Part shown: positions 1-8,143 of the stretch, piece by piece
Layout: each line of letters starts with the position of its first letter
How positions within the stretch are numbered: the stretch's first letter is position 1
Assembly: GCA_025340205.1 (NCBI GenBank)
Contig: CP006868.1
Location: forward strand, 960,001 to 992,000
DNA length: 32,000 nucleotides
Direction: 5' to 3'
Source: Ignicoccus pacificus DSM 13166
GTDB lineage: Archaea; Thermoproteota; Thermoprotei_A; Sulfolobales; Ignicoccaceae
The notes under the pieces: generated by a model
What the model saw: the letters and a program-made list of their open reading frames with translations, nothing else
Told to the model about the DNA's origin: nothing
The model's database searches: none
Translations under genes and position numbers: made by a program

Positions 1-193
1 GGTATCGATATGCCGAAGCGCACCAACTCAGTCATCTTGCTTCGAATAAGGACTTGTACTATAACCTAATAAGGTAGTGAGAGTTAAGCGCTCGAAGGAC
101 GCTAAAGGTAAAGGGGATGACCACGACTTGCCCCCCTGGAGCTTCCAGCTATGAAGAAATTACCGCGATGGGACCCCCAAGAGGTGAAATACC

Positions 194-1138
194 TTGAAGC
201 TCAAGGATCTCCCAGTAAGCGACGTCGGGGAGTTCGCGGAAGCGGTGGCGAACCTCTCCTGGGATGAGGTCTACGAACTGTTGTTAGAGGGAGCCGAGCT
301 CCTGAAGAGGCTCCCCGAAGGGGGAATATTCCCCATAGCCTACACCGCTCCCGATTCCCCCTATGCCTTTCATGGGGATCTGCACGGAGATATAGTCACC
401 GTGTTCGAGTTATGGGAGAAAATAGGAACACAAAGGATACTGAATGAATACAAACTGGTCTTCCTCGGAGACTACGTGGACAGAGGACCTAAGCAGCTTG
501 AAGCTTTGCTCCTCCCTCTGGCTCTGAAGGCTAGGAGACCCTCAGAGGTAATAGTGCTAAGAGGGAACCACGAGCCCGTTAGGGGACTAGAACCTCTCCC
601 TCATGATTTTCCCCATTACTTAGCTAGGAGGTTTAGAGGGAAGGGTGAGAAACTATATTCTGTAGCGAAACAAGTATTTGAGAACATGCCGCTGGTACTT
701 TACGTTGAAGGCTCCGTCGTCGCCTTTCATGGTGGACCACCCACCGTTCTGGTCAGGAGGGGGTGTGAGGGCACTAGCTGTTTGTTCGACGATAAGATAA
801 GGCATTTGGTAGTAGAAGAGATATTGTGGAACGAGCCCGGGGAGATATGCTCTTGGGACGACCCTCCAGAAACTTGTTGGGCACCAAGTCCTAGAGGGAG
901 AGGATATCTCTGGGGACCTGGGGTCACTAACGCTCTCTTGAGGTTCACGAAGACAAAGTTCCTTGTAAGAGCAAATACCCCAATAGATGGGGTTAAGTTC
1001 TTTCACATGGGTAGGGGAGTTAGCGTGTTCAGTAGGAGAGGCATGCCCTTTGCTAATGAAAAGGGTGGGATTTGGGCACCGAACTTCTTGGACAGACAGT
1101 GGTGGGCCAAACCCGACAAGTGGGTCTATCTTACCTAA
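194..1138 (+). CDS. PPP-family serine/threonine protein phosphatase (PP1-arch-like metallophosphoesterase)
   Basis: 314-aa ORF with a TTG start. It carries the ordered PPP motifs GDLHGD, GDYVDRG, GNHE, HGG and LWNEP (LWSDP-like). The C-terminal part aligns by eye to the PP1 segment around RAHQ, which reads RANT here. Confidence 0.8.
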   Translation: MKLKDLPVSDVGEFAEAVANLSWDEVYELLLEGAELLKRLPEGGIFPIAYTAPDSPYAFHGDLHGDIVTVFELWEKIGTQRILNEYKLVFLGDYVDRGPKQLEALLLPLALKARRPSEVIVLRGNHEPVRGLEPLPHDFPHYLARRFRGKGEKLYSVAKQVFENMPLVLYVEGSVVAFHGGPPTVLVRRGCEGTSCLFDDKIRHLVVEEILWNEPGEICSWDDPPETCWAPSPRGRGYLWGPGVTNALLRFTKTKFLVRANTPIDGVKFFHMGRGVSVFSRRGMPFANEKGGIWAPNFLDRQWWAKPDKWVYLT

Positions 1139-1173
1139 TTACCTATAAGGAACCTCACATCAACTCTTAGCGA

Positions 1174-1959
1174 TTGAGGATGATAGAGAGAGTGGAGGTA
1201 CTAGGAAGAGAGCATTTGGTGAGGGCTGTCAGGGCATCTTCTGGTTTGGTAGCGGTAGCCAGCAGCCTAGGAAGAGGTTACGTCCTTAGGGAAGGAAGGA
1301 TAGTCGAGGAGATAAGCGTTGACATACCACTCTTATCCACTGATATCTCTAATAAGGTAAGCTTCGGAGGGTTAGGAAAAGTGATAATCATTAACGATGG
1401 AAAGAGGACACTAAGGGTTGGTGGAACGGCCTTATACGTGCGCAAGGGTAAGTATGCCTCGGTATACTATGGAGGCTCATCTAAGGTATACGACTTGGAA
1501 AAGAATGAAGTGATTATAGAGATAAAAGATGTCATTAGGTCAATAGATTACAACGACCGATACTTAGTGTTGGTCGGCGCAAACGCTACGAGGATATATT
1601 CGGAGGGGGAGCTCTTATTCGAGATAACGCTAGAGAAAGGGAGAGGCGTGGTGCTAAGCGAGAACGAGATGAAGCTCTTGGTCCGCGATCCTTATTTCAT
1701 AGACGTTTCTCATGTATACGATTATACCTTAGGTAATAACATAGAACTGAAGAGAAAGGTTAGTTTAGAAGGTACTGCCTACGACCTTCATAGCGATAAT
1801 GAGACCATAGCTATCGCCACTAGCGATTACGTCTATCTATTAGATAATGACTTGAACGAGATAAAGAGGATAAGGGAGGGCGCCATATCTGCAAGTGTTG
1901 ATAATGACTTAGTGTGTTATGCTTCCAAAGGCGCTCTGAGGTGCGGGATCTTCAAATAA
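1174..1959 (+). CDS. hypothetical protein, repetitive beta-strand-rich (possible small beta-propeller)
   Basis: 261-aa ORF lying 35 nt after the phosphatase gene on the same strand. It contains about seven units of 35-38 aa, each with a hydrophobic strand followed by a D/N/G turn (LVAVASS, KVIIIND, LVLVGANATRIY, IAIATSDYVYLLD, LVCYASKG). I recognise no catalytic motif. Confidence 0.5.
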   Translation: MRMIERVEVLGREHLVRAVRASSGLVAVASSLGRGYVLREGRIVEEISVDIPLLSTDISNKVSFGGLGKVIIINDGKRTLRVGGTALYVRKGKYASVYYGGSSKVYDLEKNEVIIEIKDVIRSIDYNDRYLVLVGANATRIYSEGELLFEITLEKGRGVVLSENEMKLLVRDPYFIDVSHVYDYTLGNNIELKRKVSLEGTAYDLHSDNETIAIATSDYVYLLDNDLNEIKRIREGAISASVDNDLVCYASKGALRCGIFK

Positions 1960-1990
1960 ACCCCTCCTCTCTCCTCTCTGGGATGCTCAG

Positions 1991-2497
1991 ATGATCAAGG
2001 GTAGAGTAGTTGCCAAGCTCGGTGATAACATAGACACCGACATGATAATACCTTTCAGGTATAAGGCCAAGACCACCGATTATTATGAGCTGGCTAAGCA
2101 CGTCTTCGAAGACTTAGATCCAGAGCTCTCTAAGAAGATAAAGCCGGGAGATATAGTCGTCGCCGGAAAGAACTTCGGTATGGGAAGCTCTAGAGAGCAG
2201 GCCCCCATCGCCATAAAGTACTCCGGCGTGAGCGCAGTGATAGCTAAGAGCTTCGCGAGGATATTCTTTAGAAATGCCATAAACATAGGACTTCCCGTAA
2301 TAGAGGCCCCGGAGGCAGTCGACAAGACGGATGAAGGCGATGAACTCGAGATAGACCTTGAGAAGGGTGTAATAAGGAACTTGACTAAGGGCTGGGAAGT
2401 TAAGTTCAAGCCCTACCCGAAGATGCTAATGGAAATAATGAAGGAAGGAGGAATATACAACTACTACAAGGCTCACGGGAAGTTTCCGTGGGAGTGA
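1991..2497 (+). CDS. leuD: aconitase-family dehydratase small subunit (3-isopropylmalate / citramalate / homoaconitate dehydratase, LeuD-like)
   Basis: 168 aa with an N-terminus GDNIDTDMIIP and the motifs GKNFGMGSSREQAP and ARIFFRNAINIGLP, which are typical of LeuD/HacB small subunits. No large subunit gene lies next to it. Confidence 0.85.
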   Translation: MIKGRVVAKLGDNIDTDMIIPFRYKAKTTDYYELAKHVFEDLDPELSKKIKPGDIVVAGKNFGMGSSREQAPIAIKYSGVSAVIAKSFARIFFRNAINIGLPVIEAPEAVDKTDEGDELEIDLEKGVIRNLTKGWEVKFKPYPKMLMEIMKEGGIYNYYKAHGKFPWE

Positions 2498-2530
2498 GGT
2501 TTTATCCTCCTAGCCCCTCCTCTAACGGAG

Positions 2531-2812
2531 ATGAGTATGCCCAAGCACGCCGTAATTACCGTGGTTGGTAAGGATAGGGTAGGAATTGTTGCCAAAGTAT
2601 CCTCGGTGTTAGCTGAGCATAAGGTAAACATAATCGATATTTCTCAAACTGTCCTTAGAGGAATGTTTGCAATGATAATGGTTGTTGATCTAAGTAGCTG
2701 TGATATCAGCATTGGGGAGCTCAGGAAGCTCTTGGCGGAGACGGGGAAGGAGATGGGGGTCGACGTGGCCCTCCACTCGGCCGAGCTCGTGGAGAGCGTT
2801 GAGAGGATATAG
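2531..2812 (+). CDS. ACT-domain protein (UPF0237-like)
   Basis: 93 aa. The opening VITVVGKDRVGIVAKVSSVLAEHKVNIIDISQT is the canonical beta-alpha start of an ACT domain. Size matches stand-alone ACT proteins. Confidence 0.75.
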   Translation: MSMPKHAVITVVGKDRVGIVAKVSSVLAEHKVNIIDISQTVLRGMFAMIMVVDLSSCDISIGELRKLLAETGKEMGVDVALHSAELVESVERI

Positions 2813-2827
2813 GAGCCCATTGGGTCG

Positions 2828-2904
2828 TGGCGGGCCCGCCGGGATTTGAACCCGGGACCAACGGGTTAAAAGCCCGCCGCTCTGCCTGGCTGAGCTACGG
2901 GCCC
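2828..2904 (-). tRNA. tRNA-Lys (anticodon UUU), CCA encoded
   Basis: The reverse complement reads GGGCCCGUAGCUCAGCCAGGCAGAGCGGCGGGCUUUUAACCCGUUGGUCCCGGGUUCAAAUCCCGGCGGGCCCGCCA. It folds into a full cloverleaf: acceptor GGGCCCG/CGGGCCC, D stem GCUC/GAGC, anticodon stem GCGGG/CCCGU, loop CUUUUAA, and T stem CCGGG/CCCGG with loop UUCAAAU. No intron is present. Confidence 0.92.
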
Positions 2905-2930
2905 TCCGTCTTGAGGGGCGATATCAGAGG

Positions 2931-2940
2931 TTAATAAAAG
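2931..2940 (-). promoter_or_regulatory. TATA-like box upstream of tRNA-Lys (may also serve the divergent + strand gene)
   Basis: The minus strand reads CTTTTATTAA, 27-36 nt upstream of the mature tRNA 5' end. It is the only strongly A/T-rich element in the 100-nt gap. Confidence 0.4.
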
Positions 2941-3004
2941 AATAGCTGCTGTTTCGAAGACAAGCCGGAAAAAGAAGGGTAACCATCCAGCGACGGGTGA
3001 AGCG

Positions 3005-3922
3005 TTGAAGAAAATCGTGCTAGTTACGCTAGCCCTAGTCCTCTCCGCTAGTGCCCTGACCATTTTCTCAGCTGGCTCGCTATCAATCCCATTAAGAGAA
3101 GTGGCCTCGGTTTACCAAAGCAAGTACCACGATAAGGTCTACATCGAGTTCAGCGGCTCCGTCCAAGCTGTGAGGAAGATAGTGGAGCTTGGAAGATGCC
3201 CCGACCTCCTCTTCGTGGCAGACTACAGCTTGATACCAACTATGATGCCCTCCCAATGGGTGGTGGGGTTTGCTAGCAACGTCATGACTTTGACATACGT
3301 CAACCCCTCGTTAACTAATCAGTTGAGAAAGGACTGGATAGGCACGCTAATGACCCATACCTTCGCCTTCTCCAATCCCAATATGGATCCAGCAGGTTAT
3401 AGGACCCTCGGAGTCCTCGCCTTAGCGGCCCTCAAGGATCCCAGGGCCTTAAAGATATTGGAAAGGATAAACGGAGTTAAGGTCGAAATGAAAAACGGAA
3501 ACGTGACAGTTTACGTATATCCTAACATAAGGTCGGGTAACGGCGTCATAATAAGGGATAAGAGCGTTGACCTAATACCTATGGTCAAGAGCGGGTTAGT
3601 GGACATAGCCTTTGAGTACAGGAGCGTTGCAATTCAGCACAAGCTGCTTTACTACGTCCCTCCCTCTTACTGCAACTTAGGTGATCCTAAGGAAGCTAAC
3701 TTCTATGGGAGGGTAAAGATAGTGCTGATGGCGGGAACGCCTAAGGAAAAGGTAATAAAGTTAAAACCGATAGTCTACGGCGTCACCATACCCACTTGTG
3801 CCCCCCACCCTGCTCAAGCGCTCAAGTTCTTCCAGCTGGTTCTCAGTGGTACTGGAAGGGAAATATTCATGAAGAATGGTCAAAACTTCTTGAACGAGAT
3901 GGTCTTCGTTCCACCGAAGTGA
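3005..3922 (+). CDS. wtpA: tungstate/molybdate-binding periplasmic-type substrate-binding protein (WtpA-like)
   Basis: 305 aa with an N-terminal hydrophobic signal or anchor (KKIVLVTLALVLSASALTIF). The motifs AGSLS, ADYSLIP and NPNMDPAGYRTLG resemble those I recall from archaeal WtpA. No permease or ATPase gene is adjacent. Confidence 0.65.
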   Translation: MKKIVLVTLALVLSASALTIFSAGSLSIPLREVASVYQSKYHDKVYIEFSGSVQAVRKIVELGRCPDLLFVADYSLIPTMMPSQWVVGFASNVMTLTYVNPSLTNQLRKDWIGTLMTHTFAFSNPNMDPAGYRTLGVLALAALKDPRALKILERINGVKVEMKNGNVTVYVYPNIRSGNGVIIRDKSVDLIPMVKSGLVDIAFEYRSVAIQHKLLYYVPPSYCNLGDPKEANFYGRVKIVLMAGTPKEKVIKLKPIVYGVTIPTCAPHPAQALKFFQLVLSGTGREIFMKNGQNFLNEMVFVPPK

Positions 3923-3962
3923 TGAAAAGGAGCCTCTTTTTCTCCCTCTCGGCTGGCCGGGA

Positions 3963-4886
3963 TTGACGATAAGGGTCTCAGCTCCCTCGAGGTTGCACTT
4001 CTCCTTGCTAGACTTGAGCGGCGATCTGGGTTACGTTGACGGCGGAATGGGCGTCGCGATAAAGCTGCCCCGGACGGTGGTGAAAGCGGAGCCGTGGGGA
4101 GAGCTCCTCGTAGAGGGCCCTAGGGCAGACGAGGTTAGATCAAAGCTCTCGAAGCTAGGTCTAAAGGGTAAGGTAACGATACTTCAAACCCCTCCCCCTC
4201 ACATGGGCTTCGGCTCAACTACGCAACTCCTCCTCAGCTCTGCCAAAGCCTTAGCCTCCTTGAATGGTATAGACATGAATTCGTCGGAGTTAGCCGTTCT
4301 CATGGGTAGGGGAGGAACGAGCGGAATAGGCGTTAGGATATTCGAGGAAGGCGGCTTCGTCTACGACTTTGGGCATGATATTACCATAAAGGGAAGTCCA
4401 AAGCCCTCAGGGGCGTCCCTAGCGTCCCCTCCTCCTTCCCTGAGGCTGGAGTTTCCCGAAGACTGGTGGTTCCTCTTAGTATACAAAGAGGAGAGAGGAC
4501 TTTACGATGAGAGGAGGGAGGTGAGGGAGTTTGAGGAGAGAACACCAATACCGCCAGAGGAGAGCTCCAGGACGTGTAGGATAGCCTACATGTTAATATT
4601 AGGGGGAATAGTCGAGAGGAACTATGAGAGGTTCGTGAGGGGCATAAATGAAATTCAAAAGGTTGGGTTCAAGAAAATAGAACTCGAGATACAGCCAGAG
4701 TACGTGAAAGAGGTAATGGAGGAGGTGAGGAAGGTAACCGGGAACGCCGGCCTTAGTAGTATGGGTCACTTGGTATATTCTGTAATTCCTAAGAAGAAAG
4801 CTCGAAAGATAGCACGGCAGTTAGAGATCGATGGATTCAAGGTTATGATAACCCCTCCCGATAACGAGGGGGCGAAGGTCTATTGA
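3963..4886 (+). CDS. beta-ribofuranosylaminobenzene 5'-phosphate (RFAP) synthase family protein, GHMP-kinase fold
   Basis: 307 aa. The N-terminus IRVSAPSRLHFSLLDLSG and the motifs GFGSTTQ and GRGGTSGIG are characteristic of the MptG/RFAP synthase family. Confidence 0.7.
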   Translation: MTIRVSAPSRLHFSLLDLSGDLGYVDGGMGVAIKLPRTVVKAEPWGELLVEGPRADEVRSKLSKLGLKGKVTILQTPPPHMGFGSTTQLLLSSAKALASLNGIDMNSSELAVLMGRGGTSGIGVRIFEEGGFVYDFGHDITIKGSPKPSGASLASPPPSLRLEFPEDWWFLLVYKEERGLYDERREVREFEERTPIPPEESSRTCRIAYMLILGGIVERNYERFVRGINEIQKVGFKKIELEIQPEYVKEVMEEVRKVTGNAGLSSMGHLVYSVIPKKKARKIARQLEIDGFKVMITPPDNEGAKVY

Positions 4887-5311
4887 GAGGAGATACCCAC
4901 GTGGCCTTTGCTTTCGCCTTATCCTTTCTGATATTCTTCCCCACTTGCGTTACATGTATAATGATGGCTGTATTATATTCGATCGTTCCCGATTACGACA
5001 TTAAGTATAAGCACAGAAAGCTCTTCCATAACGTGTTCGCGATGCTTCTGTTGACCCTCCCAGCCCTCCTATTTGGACCTCAAGTCTATCTAGGGGCCAT
5101 CTTAGGCTATGCCTCTCATTTGCTCAGCGACATCGTAACGGTCAGGGGAGTAGCGCTCCTCTATCCCCTATCTGAGAGGTACTTTAGAGTAGCCAAGCTG
5201 AGGAGCTCCTCCCCCCTAGCAAACCTCGCCTTTCTCCTCTTCTCGGGGTTGTTGATAGCTTTCAAGTTCTACCTATTAAGCCACCCTCTAGGCTCAAGCG
5301 TCTGGCGATGA
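4883..5311 (+). CDS. membrane-bound metal-dependent hydrolase family protein (DUF457/YdjM-like)
   Basis: 142 aa. Its TTG start overlaps the upstream stop (TTGA). There are 4-5 hydrophobic helices, an early His (GDTHVAF) and a late HLLSD motif, as in YdjM-type proteins. Confidence 0.55.
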   Translation: MRGDTHVAFAFALSFLIFFPTCVTCIMMAVLYSIVPDYDIKYKHRKLFHNVFAMLLLTLPALLFGPQVYLGAILGYASHLLSDIVTVRGVALLYPLSERYFRVAKLRSSSPLANLAFLLFSGLLIAFKFYLLSHPLGSSVWR

Positions 5312-5812
5312 AGAGTTTGCCGAGTGTTGATGGGTGAAAGAGGCTACGGGACAGCTGAGCGCTTTGTATAACACACTTATCCTCTTAGCCAGCTCTATCG
5401 CCTTAACTCTCGCTGAATCCTCTCTCCTCATGACGTCTAAAACCAGTGGTTTCCACAAGACCTTCTCCTCCCACCCTTCCCTAACTGCTAACACAGCGTA
5501 CCAGTCCCTTCTCTTTATTGATTTACCCCCCTCAACTATGATCAAACCATCGAGTGAATCAACGAGCTCTTCCAAAGAAGGCCTTCCCATCTTCTGGAAC
5601 CTTATGCCATCCTTACAGAGCAAGTATACCTCCTCAGCACCCCTGGAAGTGAACCTCTTGGTGTCCCCTGAATCCACGTCTAGTAAACCGTGTTTCGTCT
5701 CCTTTACTACCTTCGCTTTCAATCCGTATTTTTTCAGCTCTTCCAAGAGGTATTCAATGAGCGTGGACTTCCCTCTCTTCCTAAATCCCACCACTTGAAT
5801 TACTAGCTTCAC
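5294..5812 (-). CDS. mobB: molybdopterin-guanine dinucleotide biosynthesis adaptor protein MobB
   Basis: P-loop GFRKRGKST, followed by VKETKHG and DSGDTKRF (HH..D..GKDS-like). The ORF track extends to a TTG at 5863. A GTG at 5812 places the P-loop at the usual N-terminal position and forms a GTGA overlap with the upstream stop. Confidence 0.8.
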   Translation of the reverse strand: MKLVIQVVGFRKRGKSTLIEYLLEELKKYGLKAKVVKETKHGLLDVDSGDTKRFTSRGAEEVYLLCKDGIRFQKMGRPSLEELVDSLDGLIIVEGGKSIKRRDWYAVLAVREGWEEKVLWKPLVLDVMRREDSARVKAIELAKRISVLYKALSCPVASFTHQHSANSSSPDA

Positions 5813-6240
5813 GCCTCGCTCACCAGCTTGGGAGCGTTCTTGTACAGCGGACAAGTCTTCCAATGGTGTTCGCAGAGCTTCACCTCCGTGAAGGTAAGCA
5901 GTCTGTTTAGAACTCTACAAAGGGCATACCACTTGCCGTCCGAGCCTCTAAACGTCTTCAAGTACGGACATCCCTTTCCCGGCTCTGTGAGGAGCGCGTG
6001 AATGAGCTTGTAGGGCTTATACTTTTGCTCGAACGTCTCATCGACTTTGGTTTCCTCGGAGGTAGGCGAGAACTTCAACAACCCCTCCTTTTTCTCCTCG
6101 ACGGTCTCGGGAGGTACGTACCATTTACATATCTCATAGTCCTTGCTTTCGCTCGTACACCTCTTCGTTACGATCGCGGTGCTCGGCTTAGGGAGCCTAG
6201 GGCTATTACAAGCTCCATCTCTATACCAAGGACATGGCAA
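5809..6240 (-). CDS. hypothetical 8-cysteine protein with duplicated CP[WY]-type motif (putative metal-binding)
   Basis: 143 aa with Cys at positions 3, 11, 28, 38, 91, 108, 123 and 130. The motifs CPWY, CPYL and CPLY recur. An acidic and lysine-rich linker separates two 4-Cys halves. The stop overlaps the mobB GTG. Confidence 0.6.
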   Translation of the reverse strand: MPCPWYRDGACNSPRLPKPSTAIVTKRCTSESKDYEICKWYVPPETVEEKKEGLLKFSPTSEETKVDETFEQKYKPYKLIHALLTEPGKGCPYLKTFRGSDGKWYALCRVLNRLLTFTEVKLCEHHWKTCPLYKNAPKLVSEA

Positions 6241-6291
6241 CTATTGGTCCCGTTAAATGAGCTAGCGTCGAGTGTTTGAAAAGGAGAGAGC

Positions 6292-6921
6292 TTGATCTGG
6301 GTAGGCGTTGACGAGGCCGGAAGAGGGCCGGTAGTAGGGAGCATGTTCGTGGCCGCTGTGGCTCTCAAGGATGAGGACTTGGAGAAGCTGAGGAGGTTAG
6401 GCCTAACCGATAGCAAGAAGCTAACTCCAAAGAAGAGGGCTCTTTTAAAGGAAGTCATAAAGGAAAAGGCATTAGCGATAGAAATAGTAGAAGTGAAGCC
6501 TGAGGAGATGAACGAGAGGAGCGTGAGTGATCTCACAATAGAGGCCATGAGGAAGGCCTTGGAAAGCGTCTTGAAGAGGGTACGAGCGGACGTAGTGATA
6601 GCTGACGTCGTGGGAAAAGGGAAGAAGCAAGCGGAGATCCTTGGTAAGCTCCATCCTAACGTCAAGGTGTTGCCGAAGGCGGACTCGGAGTACTTGGTGG
6701 TCTCGGCAGCTAGCGTCGTAGCTAAGGAGGCTAGGGAAGAACACGTTAGAAAACTCAAGGCAAAGTACGGAGACTTCGGTTCAGGATATCCCTCTGACAA
6801 GAGGACGAGGGAGTGGTTAGTAAACAACTATGATAAGCCCATTGTCAGAAGAAAGTGGAAGACCCTTCAGAGGGTCTTAAGCAAGCAATCGAGTAGCTCC
6901 GATGAAGGACACTTAACTTGA
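6292..6921 (+). CDS. rnhB: ribonuclease HII
   Basis: 209 aa with GVDEAGRGPVVGSMFVAAV (the DEAGRG catalytic motif), DSKKLTPKKR, and the late SAASVVAK and GSGYPSD motifs. Confidence 0.9.
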   Translation: MIWVGVDEAGRGPVVGSMFVAAVALKDEDLEKLRRLGLTDSKKLTPKKRALLKEVIKEKALAIEIVEVKPEEMNERSVSDLTIEAMRKALESVLKRVRADVVIADVVGKGKKQAEILGKLHPNVKVLPKADSEYLVVSAASVVAKEAREEHVRKLKAKYGDFGSGYPSDKRTREWLVNNYDKPIVRRKWKTLQRVLSKQSSSSDEGHLT

Positions 6922-8141
6922 ACTCCCCTTTCTAGGTTCTTTACTACGACACTTCCCTCTTGAAGTTCCCTTCTCCCTATTACCACCGCCCACTTGGCTC
7001 CGGTGCTAGCGGCATAAGAGAACGCCTTCTTCACGCTCTTAAACTCATCCAATAAGGTACTGCTAAAGCCCAGCTCGCTCAGCTTCCTCTGCACCAACAG
7101 CGCTTCTTTACCCGCCTCCTCGCCTATTGGAATTACTATGACCTCAAGCTTTGACTTGCATTGTCTCTTCCAAGCTAAGGCCGTCCTGTCGAGGCCTATA
7201 GCGAAGCCAGTGGCTGGAAGAGGCTCACCACCATAGACTTGGGTCAAGAGGTCATACCTCCCACCACCGGCGACCGATACGGGGAATCCGGGAACCTTCA
7301 CCTCATATATTAATCCAGTGTAATAAGCAAGGCCTCTGGCGAAGCCCAACTTGAACTTGCATCTCTTTAGTACGTCGTCCGGCAAGAAGTAGATCAGCTT
7401 CTCTAGATCAGATAGAAGGTCGGGAGCAGAGTACTCCTCGCCAAGGAGCTCCTTACCCTTTTCCAAGATCTCCGGTCCTCCTTCGGTCGTGGCTAGCTCC
7501 TCTATTACTCTAGACGCCCTCTCCGGATCCTTCGCCTTCGATCTGACCAGCTCCAACGCCTTTTCCAGCTCTCCCTTGTCTATGAAGTGGAGCACCCTAT
7601 CTTGTTCCTCTCCCCTTATCCCCTCAACTTCGAGAACGCCTCTTAGCGCCTTAACGCTCCCAACCACTATTACGTGATCTATCCCCAACTCCTCGTAAAA
7701 CTCATCGAGCATAGTCACTAATTCGGCGTCGGCGAGCACGGATGAGGAGCCTAACACCTCGAAGTCCGCTTGGTAGAACTCCCTATACCTAGCGAACTGA
7801 GGCTCATCGTATCTAAAGACGTTCACTAAGGTGAACAGTTTTATGGGTTTTGACCTCCCTCTTAGCGAATGAAGGTAGGCCCTGACCACGGACGCGGTAG
7901 CCTCAGGCCTCAGAGCCACCTCCCTTCCGGCCTTATCCTTGAACACGAACATGGTCCTCCTTATCTCCTCGCCGCTCTTAGCAGCGAATAGCGCGAACCT
8001 CTCAACCGTAGGCAAGAACGTCCTCTCGAAGCCCCACCTCCTCGCCAATTCTTCTGAGCGGGAGAAGACCTCAGCCAGCTTGCAAGACTCTTCTCCAAAA
8101 AGATCTCTGAACCCCCTTATTGGTTCATATGGGAACTTCAC
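6867..8141 (-). CDS. hisS: histidine--tRNA ligase
   Basis: 424 aa with a GTG start. Motifs include RGFRD, LRPEATASVVR, FRYDEPQFARYREFYQ (motif 2) and GGGRYD..GFAIGLDR (motif 3), plus a C-terminal anticodon-binding domain. Confidence 0.92.
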   Translation of the reverse strand: MKFPYEPIRGFRDLFGEESCKLAEVFSRSEELARRWGFERTFLPTVERFALFAAKSGEEIRRTMFVFKDKAGREVALRPEATASVVRAYLHSLRGRSKPIKLFTLVNVFRYDEPQFARYREFYQADFEVLGSSSVLADAELVTMLDEFYEELGIDHVIVVGSVKALRGVLEVEGIRGEEQDRVLHFIDKGELEKALELVRSKAKDPERASRVIEELATTEGGPEILEKGKELLGEEYSAPDLLSDLEKLIYFLPDDVLKRCKFKLGFARGLAYYTGLIYEVKVPGFPVSVAGGGRYDLLTQVYGGEPLPATGFAIGLDRTALAWKRQCKSKLEVIVIPIGEEAGKEALLVQRKLSELGFSSTLLDEFKSVKKAFSYAASTGAKWAVVIGRRELQEGSVVVKNLERGVQVKCPSSELLDCLLKTL

Positions 8142-8143
8142 TG

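Noticed and set aside
1-193. Possible minus-strand gene start (ATG at 35..33, reading MTELVRFGISI...) and unexplained leader DNA before the phosphatase gene.
   Set aside because: Only 11 codons fall inside the window, so the ORF cannot be supported. I saw no tRNA-like or other RNA signature in 36-193.
2866-3063. 65-aa minus-strand ORF.
   Set aside because: It overlaps the tRNA-Lys gene and the start of the WtpA-like gene, so it is an artefact of the six-frame scan.
3917-3975. GUGAUGA (C-box-like) at the wtpA stop, plus other UGAUGA hits (for example 25535-25541, 18884-18889 and 12722-12728), examined as possible box C/D sRNAs.
   Set aside because: None has a properly spaced D box (CUGA), C'/D' boxes or terminal pairing. 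All except the first lie inside coding sequence. The evidence for an sRNA is insufficient.
6168-6827. 219-aa minus-strand ORF antisense to rnhB. Similar long antisense ORFs lie at 20375..21025 (antisense to the cinA-like gene), 5334..5798 (antisense to mobB), 653..1006, 2083..2409, 16626..17045 and 25172..25483.
   Set aside because: Each lies wholly inside a gene with strong family motifs on the other strand. Their products are Ser/Leu/Thr/Pro-rich and low in complexity, as expected for shadow frames of purine-rich (GAR/AAR/AGG) coding sequence.
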